Shown piece by piece: positions 13,409-22,400 of a DNA stretch of 64,000 nucleotides. The DNA is from Bacteroidota bacterium. GTDB taxonomy: Bacteria > Bacteroidota > Bacteroidia > UBA7662 > JAIXUI01. The first letter of the stretch is position 1; each line of letters begins with the position of its first letter. The notes under the pieces were generated by a model. That model did not search any database and was not told the origin of the DNA. It was given only the letters and a program-made list of their open reading frames with translations. Where the stretch lies: the NCBI GenBank assembly GCA_027484125.1, contig JAIXUI010000040.1, positions 1,426-65,425 of the forward strand, given 5' to 3'. The translations under genes and the position numbers were made by a program.

Positions 13409-15274
13409 ATGTTTCAGGATTATGATGTCATTGTGGTTGGTGCCGGCCACGCAGGTTGTGAGGCGGCAGCTGTAGCCGCTAATTTAGGCTCTCGGGTGCT
13501 GCTAATCACCATGAATATGCAGACTATCGCCCAAATGTCGTGTAATCCGGCTATGGGCGGAGTCGCAAAAGGCCAAATTGTTCGGGAAATTGATGCGCTC
13601 GGTGGTTATAGTGGAATCGTAAGCGACCGCTCGGCCATCCAGTTCCGCATGCTTAACCTCTCCAAAGGCCCGGCTATGTGGAGTCCCAGAACTCAAAACG
13701 ACCGAATGATGTTTGCCGCCGAATGGCGCCAAATGCTGGAAAATACCCTTAATGTGGATTTCTGGCAAGATACAGTGGTAGAATTGCTGTTAAATGGTGA
13801 CCAAATTGCAGGAGTTAAAACCGCCATGGGTGTTGAGTTTAAATGCCAAGCGGTAGTGCTCACCAATGGCACTTTCCTCAACGGGGTAATCCACATTGGC
13901 GAAAAACGCTTTGGAGGTGGTAGAAGTGGGGAAAAAGCCGCTCACGGAATTACCGAGCAATTGGTAACCCTCGGCTTTGAAGCCGGTAGAATGAAAACCG
14001 GAACTCCTCCTAGAATAGACGGAAGAAGCCTCGATTACAGCAAAATGGAAGAGCAACGCGGCGACGAAAACCCAAGTAAGTTCTCCTATTCCGACGAAAC
14101 AGCTCCTCTGAAAACCCAGCGTTCCTGCTACATCACTTACACCAGCCCGGAAGTGCATGACATTCTTCGAACCGGCTTCGACAAATCGCCCATGTACACC
14201 GGTCGTATTCAAGGGCTGGGGCCCCGTTATTGCCCTTCAATCGAAGACAAAATCAACCGGTTTGCTGAACGTGACCGCCATCAGATCTTCGTAGAACCTG
14301 AAGGTTGGAGTACGGTAGAAGTGTATGTTAATGGCTTTTCTACCTCGCTGCCTGAAGAAGTTCAGCATGAAGCTCTGAGAAAAATAGCAGGCTTTGAAAA
14401 TGCCAAAATGTTCCGCCCCGGCTATGCCATCGAATACGACTTCTTCCCTCCTACCCAGCTGCACTTAACGCTGGAAACCAAAAACATCGAAAATTTATAC
14501 TTCGCCGGCCAAATCAATGGAACTACCGGATATGAAGAGGCTGCTTGCCAAGGATTGATGGCCGGCATCAACGCACACTTGAAAATTCAAGGCGAAAACC
14601 CCCTCATACTCAAACGCTCAGAAGCCTACATCGGTGTGCTTATCGACGATTTGGTCAACAAAGGCACCGACGAACCTTACCGGATGTTTACCTCACGCTC
14701 GGAATATCGCATTTTGCTGCGCCAGGATAACGCCGATATCCGCTTAGGCCAGATTGCTTCTGACCTGGGCCTGTTGTCGGAAAGCCGGAAAGCTCGCTTA
14801 GAAGAAAAACTTCAAGGTCGTGATGCTATTCTCGATTATATGAGAAAACATAGTGCAGAGCCGGCGGAAGTGAATCCAAAGCTTACCGAACTAGAAACAG
14901 CTATCATCAACCAAAAAACCAGGTTGGAAGCTTTATTGCTTCGCCCTCAGGTAAGCCTGAATGACCTTGCAGAAGCTGTTCCTTCGCTTGCCGATTTTAC
15001 TTCCACTTTTTCAAAAGAAGTGCTGGAACAAGCAGAAATTACCTTGAAATACGCCTCTTATATTGAAAAAGAACAAGAGATTGCTGCCAAATTAAGCCAA
15101 CTAGACGACATCAGAATGAATCCCGAATTTGATTATCATAAAGTTCCGGCCTTGTCGGCAGAAGCTCGCGAGAAACTCAGCCGCGCTAAACCGCAAAACC
15201 TTGGCCAAGCCAGCAGAATCTCTGGTGTTAATCCTGCCGATATCTCGGTGCTCATGGTGTATATTGGTCGCTGA
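13409..15274 (+). CDS. mnmG: tRNA uridine-5-carboxymethylaminomethyl synthesis enzyme MnmG (GidA)
   Basis: FAD motif DVIVVGAGHAGCEAA right at the proposed start (MFQDYD...), and the protein has the usual MnmG length. The ORF-track extension back to 13280 lacks any conserved N-terminus. Confidence 0.95.
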   Translation: MFQDYDVIVVGAGHAGCEAAAVAANLGSRVLLITMNMQTIAQMSCNPAMGGVAKGQIVREIDALGGYSGIVSDRSAIQFRMLNLSKGPAMWSPRTQNDRMMFAAEWRQMLENTLNVDFWQDTVVELLLNGDQIAGVKTAMGVEFKCQAVVLTNGTFLNGVIHIGEKRFGGGRSGEKAAHGITEQLVTLGFEAGRMKTGTPPRIDGRSLDYSKMEEQRGDENPSKFSYSDETAPLKTQRSCYITYTSPEVHDILRTGFDKSPMYTGRIQGLGPRYCPSIEDKINRFAERDRHQIFVEPEGWSTVEVYVNGFSTSLPEEVQHEALRKIAGFENAKMFRPGYAIEYDFFPPTQLHLTLETKNIENLYFAGQINGTTGYEEAACQGLMAGINAHLKIQGENPLILKRSEAYIGVLIDDLVNKGTDEPYRMFTSRSEYRILLRQDNADIRLGQIASDLGLLSESRKARLEEKLQGRDAILDYMRKHSAEPAEVNPKLTELETAIINQKTRLEALLLRPQVSLNDLAEAVPSLADFTSTFSKEVLEQAEITLKYASYIEKEQEIAAKLSQLDDIRMNPEFDYHKVPALSAEAREKLSRAKPQNLGQASRISGVNPADISVLMVYIGR

Positions 15275-15277
15275 TTC

Positions 15278-16171
15278 ATGAAAGAAACCCTGCTATCCTG
15301 CCCGGTTTGTAGTCACAAACATCTTCGAGCCTTTGGTGAGGCTACTGACTTTACCGTTTCTAATGAGAAATTCTCCTTAACGGAGTGCGTGAATTGCGGT
15401 TTCGTTTTCACAAATCCCCGACCTAACAGCGAATCCATCGGTCCTTATTATGAATCAGAGGAATACGTTTCACATACTTCTACCAAAAAAGGCCTCATTT
15501 TTAGCCTTTACCACGCGGTTAGATCCTTTACACTAGGCAGAAAAGCCCGTTTTGTGTCCCGTTTTATGAGTGGCACTAATCTGCTCGACGTTGGCTGTGG
15601 AACCGGCGATTTTTTATCTGAAATGCAAAAGCGCGGCTGGAATGTGAAAGGCATTGAACCGGCAGAAACCGCCAGACTTTTAGCTAAACGCAAAGGATTG
15701 GATGTTTACCCACAGGATTTCTTGTTCCATGGATTCAATAACCAATCTTTTGACGCTATTACCCTCTGGCATGTGCTCGAACATGTGCACGACTTAGAGC
15801 ATACCATCCGTACTTTATACAAATTACTTAAACCTGATGGCATTCTGCTGATTGCAGTCCCTAATAGAGATAGCTTGGACGCTAAACATTACGGATTTCA
15901 TTGGGCTGCATGGGACGTACCACGTCACCTTTACCATTTCAGAGCCAAAGATGTCATCAAACTGATGGTTGATCAAGGCTTTAAATGGGAGAAAACCGCC
16001 GTGATGCCCTTCGATAGCTTTTATGTAAGCTTACTGTCTGAGAAGTATATCCACGGCAGATATCGTTACTTTCAGGCATTTTTTGTGGGTTTGAGAAGTT
16101 TAATTTCCGCTTGGACAGGCAAAGACCTTGGCTCCAGTCAGCAATATGTTTTTCGTAAGCCACGGGCTTAA
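15278..16171 (+). CDS. class I SAM-dependent methyltransferase with N-terminal Cys4 zinc-ribbon
   Basis: N-terminal CPVCSHK...CVNCG zinc ribbon and SAM motif I LLDVGCGTGDFL. Confidence 0.8.
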   Translation: MKETLLSCPVCSHKHLRAFGEATDFTVSNEKFSLTECVNCGFVFTNPRPNSESIGPYYESEEYVSHTSTKKGLIFSLYHAVRSFTLGRKARFVSRFMSGTNLLDVGCGTGDFLSEMQKRGWNVKGIEPAETARLLAKRKGLDVYPQDFLFHGFNNQSFDAITLWHVLEHVHDLEHTIRTLYKLLKPDGILLIAVPNRDSLDAKHYGFHWAAWDVPRHLYHFRAKDVIKLMVDQGFKWEKTAVMPFDSFYVSLLSEKYIHGRYRYFQAFFVGLRSLISAWTGKDLGSSQQYVFRKPRA

Positions 16172-17741
16172 ACTCCTATTCTGGACTTTATTTGCCGGAA
16201 TAATTCTAGCTTCCTGTGCCAACATTGGAAGCTTGGGCGGTGGCCCTGTGGATAAAACTCCACCTAAAATCACCCAAGTAACTCCGGAAAATGGCTCGGT
16301 TAATTTCAAATCGAATACCATTGTGCTGGAATTTGATGAGCTAATCAAGTTGAATAACCCTGAGCAAATCGTGATTACTCCTCAGCCACCCAAACGTCCC
16401 CAGTTCGACGGGAATGGCGATCGAGTAAAAGTAACCTTTCAGGATTCTCTCCAGCCTAACACCACTTACGTCATCAGTTTTCTCGACTTGATTGGCGATA
16501 ACAATGAGAATAACAGGCTTAAAGGATTCAGATATGTATTCAGTACAGGCCCTCAGGTTGATTCGGCTAGCTTGCGAGGCGTAGTCATACAAGCTAGCAC
16601 CGGAAAGCCTTGGAAAGAAGCCACAGTTGGGCTTTTTGCGGATACCCTTGGTGATACCATGCTGTTAGGAAGAGCCGCCCTCTATCTCACAAAGTCTGAT
16701 TCCTCCGGACGCTTTCTTTTCGAAAATTTGTCGGAAAAACCTTTCCGAATCCTCGCTTTTACCGACAAAGACCAAAACTACCAAGCCGGTACCGGGGAAG
16801 AAATCAGCCTTCCTACCAATAAAACCTTTCAACCCAGTAAAGCTGGAACGTTGACAGACACACTCAAGTTGGTCAAAGCTTTCCCGCGACAGCTTAAACT
16901 CACCGAAATTCGAGCTGTTTCGCCAGGAAGAATCAGGTTAAAATTCAACAAACCCCTCGATTCTGCTGCTATAAGCCTGCAAAATGGCCCTTGGATTCAA
17001 GCAGAAATGAACTTAGACTCGGGTTTCGTCTTGCATCAAGACCTTGTGTCCGATAGCCTCAACATCAGACTAATAGCCGGCTCTGGAGCTTTGAGGCTCG
17101 ATACACTCAGAATTGGCAATAAACAAGCTGATGGTAAATTACCTCGTCCGGTATGGGCAAAAATAAATGAACCCCTCCCCGGTGATAGCTTGGTACTTAA
17201 GCTAAGCAGAAGTATCACCCAGCTCGACACTGCTCGCATAGCCTTGTTTGCAGATAGCATTGCGCTAAAATTCAACAGCATTCGCTATTCAGCCCAATGT
17301 TTAACACTTGGGATACCAAACAAACTCAAAGGCAAGTTGGAAGTAAGAATAAAAGACTCGCTGGCGATGGACGATTTGAAACAATACAGCGAGAAAGCGC
17401 TGTTTTCCTTTAACCTTCCGGCAATCGACGATTTGGGTCAGTTGAAGTTGATTAACTTGGAAGCAAAACCCAAAAACCCGCTTATCCTGGTTTTATTGAA
17501 TGAAAAAGAACAGCCTATTCGGACCTTGTTGTACCAAGGAGGAGGAATGGCTGACTTCAACAACCTCCGTCCTGACAGCTACCGCCTCAAAATCATAGAA
17601 GACCTCAATCGAAACGGCAAAGCCGACGAAGGCGATTATTTCCAGCTACTTGCTCCAGAACCTTCGCGTACTGCAACTGAATTAATTAAAATGAGAGCGA
17701 ACTGGGAGTTAGAGCAAGATGTGAAACTGCTGGGCTTTTAA
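16146..17741 (+). CDS. lipoprotein with bacterial Ig-like (Big_5/SbsA-type) domain
   Basis: Lipobox MFFVSHGLKLLFWTLFAGIILASC. PPKITQVTPENGSVNFKSNTIVLEFDELIKL resembles Big_5 Ig-like surface domains. The gene overlaps the upstream methyltransferase 3' end by ~26 bp. Confidence 0.5.
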   Translation: MFFVSHGLKLLFWTLFAGIILASCANIGSLGGGPVDKTPPKITQVTPENGSVNFKSNTIVLEFDELIKLNNPEQIVITPQPPKRPQFDGNGDRVKVTFQDSLQPNTTYVISFLDLIGDNNENNRLKGFRYVFSTGPQVDSASLRGVVIQASTGKPWKEATVGLFADTLGDTMLLGRAALYLTKSDSSGRFLFENLSEKPFRILAFTDKDQNYQAGTGEEISLPTNKTFQPSKAGTLTDTLKLVKAFPRQLKLTEIRAVSPGRIRLKFNKPLDSAAISLQNGPWIQAEMNLDSGFVLHQDLVSDSLNIRLIAGSGALRLDTLRIGNKQADGKLPRPVWAKINEPLPGDSLVLKLSRSITQLDTARIALFADSIALKFNSIRYSAQCLTLGIPNKLKGKLEVRIKDSLAMDDLKQYSEKALFSFNLPAIDDLGQLKLINLEAKPKNPLILVLLNEKEQPIRTLLYQGGGMADFNNLRPDSYRLKIIEDLNRNGKADEGDYFQLLAPEPSRTATELIKMRANWELEQDVKLLGF

Positions 17742-17754
17742 GTAGAAACAGGCC

Positions 17755-18747
17755 ATGTCGCTCTCCCAACTGCCCGATAAAAATTCCGGCCATGAAGCCC
17801 TCCTCAAATACCACGCATACCGACTCGGATTTCAGTATTGCGGCATCTCAAAAGCAGGGTTTCTGGAAGAGGAAGCACCAAGGCTGGAAAACTGGCTCAA
17901 TTCAGGACAGCATGGCACCATGCGGTACATGGAAAACCACTTCGACAAACGCCTGGACCCACGATTGCTGGTGGAAGGCGCTCAATCGGTAGTGACCCTC
18001 TTGTACAATTATCAAACAGAGGAGCGTCAGCGAGATTCGGAAGCACCTAAAATCTCTCGCTATGCTTATGGGGAGGACTACCACAAAGTCATCAAAGACA
18101 AGTTATTTGAGCTAGTTGAAATTTTAAGAGAAGAAATTGGCGCCATCCAGGGCAGAGTTTTCGTGGATTCCGCCCCAGTATTGGAAAAAGCCTGGGCAAA
18201 AAAAAGTGGTGCAGGCTGGATAGGAAAGAACAGCAACCTCATCACCCGTCAGCAAGGATCCTGGTTTTTTCTTGCAGAACTCATCATCGATTTAAAATTA
18301 GAACCCGACGGCCCCATAAAAGATTATTGTGGCCAATGTACCCGCTGCATTGATGCTTGCCCAACAGGCGCTATCACCCCATATCAAGTGAACGGCAGTA
18401 AGTGCATCAGCTACCTTACCATCGAGTTGAGAGAGGCCATCCCAAGCGAATTCAAAGGCAAAATGGAGAACTGGGCCTTCGGCTGTGACATTTGTCAGGA
18501 AGTTTGTCCTTGGAACCGGTTCGCCAAAGCCCATAGTGAAAGCCGCTTTTCGCCTTCTGAAGAACTTCTCGGCCTCACAAAAAAGGATTGGATGGAGATG
18601 ACAGATGAAGTTTTTGGCCGCATCTTTGAAAAGTCTGCCGTGCAGCGTGCCGGCTATCAAGGTCTGATGCGCAGCCTAAAATTTCTAAACGATGAACCTC
18701 CGACTACTTCTCCTCAACAGCCTGCTCAGCCTTCTTCTACTTCCTGA
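17755..18747 (+). CDS. queG: epoxyqueuosine reductase
   Basis: 330 aa with two 4Fe-4S ferredoxin motifs ([27 protein letters not shown]) and a DUF1730-like N-terminal part. Confidence 0.9.
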   Translation: MSLSQLPDKNSGHEALLKYHAYRLGFQYCGISKAGFLEEEAPRLENWLNSGQHGTMRYMENHFDKRLDPRLLVEGAQSVVTLLYNYQTEERQRDSEAPKISRYAYGEDYHKVIKDKLFELVEILREEIGAIQGRVFVDSAPVLEKAWAKKSGAGWIGKNSNLITRQQGSWFFLAELIIDLKLEPDGPIKDYCGQCTRCIDACPTGAITPYQVNGSKCISYLTIELREAIPSEFKGKMENWAFGCDICQEVCPWNRFAKAHSESRFSPSEELLGLTKKDWMEMTDEVFGRIFEKSAVQRAGYQGLMRSLKFLNDEPPTTSPQQPAQPSSTS

Positions 18748-20206
18748 TTTACAGGCTCAAGATGACCGCGATAAGGCATTGAAAGCACTGGAAGCAGAAC
18801 AACAACAGTATTTCCGAAATCGAGCGAAAGAAGAACAAGCCTATTACTCAGAACGGGATCGTGCTTTCGCTCAGTTACTGAAAGAACGCTGGCGCGCCCA
18901 ACCCATGGCTGCTCCGCTTAAGGCAGACCCCATGCCTAAGCGACCTAGTCAGCCCCTGGTACCCGGAACCTCAGCACAAACCACCCCGGCCGTTGATACT
19001 GCCTGGAGAAAAGGCCCATCAAAGCCCGAACCTTATACCAAGCAGACCATTATCGGAAAGCCTATCGCGCCGGTAGAACCAACGCCTCAGGCTCCTACTA
19101 AATCTAATGTCCTACTTTATCTCCCCTTCTACGGAAGCACCGTAACACTCATTCAACCTTTTGAATCAGCCTGGCTTCCAGGAACCCCACTCACCAATGC
19201 ACGAATAGCTCAATGGTGGGAAAAGATGGCCAAAGACCCCAAATCCTCCAAACAAGTATACGCCTTTCGAACAGCAGCCAACGAACTGAATCTTAAGGGA
19301 TGGCCGCTGTTTCAGCTGGTGAAAACTTACGTGACTCAATTGCCGATTTCGGCATCTCACCAACGCATGTTGGCCTGGTATTACCTCAACCGATTAGGCT
19401 ACGATGCACGACTCGGTATCGACGGAAGTGGCTCCTCCATCCTTCTCGCTACTACCGATGCCGAACTTTATGGAACAACTTTTTTCCGGGAAAACAGTAC
19501 CGGCAAACAGTTTTATTTCCTCATGAAAAACGATAAGTTGCCGGGCAATCAATTCCTGACTTACAAACCTGCAACCTATGACAACGCCGCCAAACCGTTG
19601 GAGATGAACGAACTTGGCTTCGAGCTTAGCCAAAAAGTGCAAGCCTCCATCAAGCGAAGTTTTGCCTTTCAAGGAAAATCCATCCATTACACCTTCAACT
19701 TCGATAAAAACCGATTGAATTTATTAGCCACCTGGCCTCAGGCGGCGTTTAAAACCTATGCACAGCCAGTTCCGCAACTCCGTGAATTAACTGAAGAAAT
19801 TAGAAAACGGTGTTCAAGCCTATCCAACCGAGAAAAAGCAGATTACTTGCTAGCCATGGTACAAAACTCTTTGGCCTACCAAGAAGACGAGAAACAATTC
19901 GGAACAGAACGACATCTGTTCCCTGAAGAAACCCTGGTGATGCCCTTTTCTGACTGTGAAGACCGCAGCTTTCTTTACGCCACCTTAATGAAAATGGCCT
20001 TCAATTTTGACGTCATCCTGGTTGATTATCCCGGCCATGTAGCCACTGCAGTTCGATTAGGCAATCCAAACAAAGACGACGATGCCTTCACCTGGAAAGG
20101 ACAAACCTGGATTATCTGCGACCCTACCTATATGAATGCTACCTCCGGCATGAGTATGCCGGATTTCAAAAAAGTTACACCTGAAATTATAGCCTTACAG
20201 CCATGA
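18692..20206 (+). CDS. secreted transglutaminase-like (papain-fold) protein with Pro-rich linker
   Basis: 504 aa. Signal peptide [23 protein letters not shown], then a PxxP-rich region. The C-terminal core has a Cys ([15 protein letters not shown]), a His (YPGHVATAV) and an Asp (IICDPT) in transglutaminase-like order. It overlaps the queG 3' end by 56 bp. Confidence 0.55.
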   Translation: MNLRLLLLNSLLSLLLLPDLQAQDDRDKALKALEAEQQQYFRNRAKEEQAYYSERDRAFAQLLKERWRAQPMAAPLKADPMPKRPSQPLVPGTSAQTTPAVDTAWRKGPSKPEPYTKQTIIGKPIAPVEPTPQAPTKSNVLLYLPFYGSTVTLIQPFESAWLPGTPLTNARIAQWWEKMAKDPKSSKQVYAFRTAANELNLKGWPLFQLVKTYVTQLPISASHQRMLAWYYLNRLGYDARLGIDGSGSSILLATTDAELYGTTFFRENSTGKQFYFLMKNDKLPGNQFLTYKPATYDNAAKPLEMNELGFELSQKVQASIKRSFAFQGKSIHYTFNFDKNRLNLLATWPQAAFKTYAQPVPQLRELTEEIRKRCSSLSNREKADYLLAMVQNSLAYQEDEKQFGTERHLFPEETLVMPFSDCEDRSFLYATLMKMAFNFDVILVDYPGHVATAVRLGNPNKDDDAFTWKGQTWIICDPTYMNATSGMSMPDFKKVTPEIIALQP

Positions 20207-21663
20207 ATGAATTAAATGAACAGATGAAAGCTTTTCTGAAGCAATATCAGGAAAGTCAAATCAACCAAGCCTCTATTGTTGAAGCCCCCTCCTCTGGTTA
20301 TGCACTCACCCAAGATCAGGAAGAAGCAGTAACCAGATTCAAGTCTTTTTTGCAGGAAGAAATACCAGCATTTGTGCTTACCGGAGCAGCCGGTACCGGA
20401 AAAACCACCTTGTTACGAGAGTTGGTAGGAGTTGCCGAGCAAGCGAAATATAAGCTTACGTTACTCGCACCAACAGGCCGAGCAGCAAAAGTCGCTGCCA
20501 CGCGCACAGGACTGCCTTCCAGCACCATTCACCGCCATATTTATTCGGTAAGTGAAGAAGTAGATAAAAAAAGCGGCGTACTAAAATCCCTCTCTTTCTC
20601 CCTTAAAAAGGCTGGAAAAGCGCATCCTACTCTGTTTGTGGTGGACGAAGCCTCCATGCTGGCAGGAGCAAGCCGCCAAGATGGACTATTCAAGCAAAAC
20701 TCCTTACTCGACGATTTATTCCTCTTTGTGCAAAGCGGACACCCTGCTAACCGACTGTTGTTTGTAGGCGATCCCTATCAGCTTCCTCCCGTTGGGGAAG
20801 TACTTTCTCCTGCACTTTCGCCTATCACACTGGAGCAGGATTTCGGGATGGAAACACGATCCGCTGAGTTGAAAGAAGTACTCCGACAAGCCTCCGGTTC
20901 GGCTTTATTGCAGAATGCCATGGCGCTTCGTGAAGCCATGTGGGCCGACGAACCTCAAATGCCGCAGTTACACTTCGACCAAGAAGCCTACAAAACCATT
21001 GTAGGCGTAGAAGAAGCGGTGAAAGCCTTCTGCGAATGTTACCAACACGAACCCGATGAAACCATCTTCCTCTGCTTATCAAACCAGCAAGCAGCCAACC
21101 TTAACCAGAAAATCAGGCAGCAACTCTATCCGGAAGCCGGTGCGTTGCCCTTTCCAGGTGAGCAGTTGATGGTGGTAAAAAACCACTACTTCCGATTAGA
21201 CGAGCAACTGGGATTTATTGCCAATGGCGAGATGATTAAAACCAAGCGCATACATGAAGATTCCTTGGTTAACATGTCCGGATTCAACTTCCTGATGATG
21301 GATTTAGAAGCCCAAGACGAGCAAGACAAACCTTTTCCCTATCGCGCCAGACTAGTCACTGACCTCCTCTTTAGCCCCTCACCCAATATCAGCGGTCCGC
21401 AATACTCTGAGCTATATCAATTGAGAAGAAAAACCTTGGGGAAGAAATTCGATGCAGTAACCGATCCATTTCTAAACGCCTTGCAGATGAAGTTCGGTTA
21501 TGCCGTAACTTGCCACAAAGCGCAAGGAGGCGAATGGAAAAACGTATTTATCCTTCAGGAATTCAGCCGAATGGAGCCCAAAGAGAAGCTTCGTTGGGAT
21601 TACACCGCCCTAACAAGAGCCTCTGAACGGGTCTTTCTGGTTAAACAAGGCCGAAGTCGTTAG
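20203..21663 (+). CDS. SF1B DNA helicase, RecD/Dda-like
   Basis: 486 aa. Walker A LTGAAGTGKTT, motif II VVDEASM, GDPYQLPPV (RecD/Pif1/Dda motif III) and TCHKAQGGEW (motif V/VI). A 4-bp ATGA overlap joins it to the previous gene. Confidence 0.8.
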   Translation: MNELNEQMKAFLKQYQESQINQASIVEAPSSGYALTQDQEEAVTRFKSFLQEEIPAFVLTGAAGTGKTTLLRELVGVAEQAKYKLTLLAPTGRAAKVAATRTGLPSSTIHRHIYSVSEEVDKKSGVLKSLSFSLKKAGKAHPTLFVVDEASMLAGASRQDGLFKQNSLLDDLFLFVQSGHPANRLLFVGDPYQLPPVGEVLSPALSPITLEQDFGMETRSAELKEVLRQASGSALLQNAMALREAMWADEPQMPQLHFDQEAYKTIVGVEEAVKAFCECYQHEPDETIFLCLSNQQAANLNQKIRQQLYPEAGALPFPGEQLMVVKNHYFRLDEQLGFIANGEMIKTKRIHEDSLVNMSGFNFLMMDLEAQDEQDKPFPYRARLVTDLLFSPSPNISGPQYSELYQLRRKTLGKKFDAVTDPFLNALQMKFGYAVTCHKAQGGEWKNVFILQEFSRMEPKEKLRWDYTALTRASERVFLVKQGRSR

Positions 21664-21702
21664 ATAGTGCGGTAAATACGTCCTTCTGTTCGATGATAAC
21701 TC

Positions 21703-22125
21703 ATGGAAATCTATAGTAACTTATTTGTCTATGGCACTTTAGCGGTTCCATCGCTTCGGGATGCTCTCATCGGGTCTTGTGAAGTACTCAGCCCGGCTTA
21801 TCTTCCTGGCCATCGGCTAGTCAAGCGAACCGACGGATTTCCATACTGTCTTCCGGAAGAAGGCTCATGGGTAACAGGCGCTCTGCTGAATCTTTCTCAA
21901 GAACAATGGGAAATCATTGCCGCTTGGGAAGATGCTCCTTATGACTATACCCTGAGGGAAACCGTTATTTACTTTCAGGAAAAACCCATTTATAGTCGGT
22001 TTTACAATGGCCAATTCAGCTTTGGAGGATATGTTCCTGCGGAGGGCTGGCAACCGGTTGACTTAAACTTGATGTTGAATCAAATTCGCGATTTCCTGTT
22101 CCTTTATAAAAAAGGTAAAAACTAG
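21703..22125 (+). CDS. gamma-glutamylcyclotransferase-like (AIG2/GGACT fold) protein
   Basis: 140 aa with the N-terminal LFVYGTL motif typical of the GGCT fold. Confidence 0.7.
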   Translation: MEIYSNLFVYGTLAVPSLRDALIGSCEVLSPAYLPGHRLVKRTDGFPYCLPEEGSWVTGALLNLSQEQWEIIAAWEDAPYDYTLRETVIYFQEKPIYSRFYNGQFSFGGYVPAEGWQPVDLNLMLNQIRDFLFLYKKGKN

Positions 22126-22400
22126 CTTCTTTAGCTAAACCTCCAACAGCCTATTGCCCATCTAGTTTTACCAGAAGAGGTTTGAATTCAAGAAATTGAC
22201 TCATCATTTGAGATTTTCTTAAACAACTTGCTAAAAAATTAAGAAGGTCATTTTTGCCATAAAGCTCCGTTTTAAGCGATAAACTCATATATATACTTTT
22301 AATCTATATGATATTTTTGTAAATCACATTGTTTTATTGAAACCCATCGCCATAAATTTGCACCCGAAAGCAAAAATAATAACATTACATTTTTTTAGAT

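Noticed and set aside
22340-22400. glnA promoter call (TTTG at 22357, TAcaTTTT at 22386)
   Set aside because: The -7 match is imperfect (TTTT instead of TTTG) and the spacing to the candidate -33 element is ~25 nt, longer than the usual ~19-21. I did not list it as a feature.
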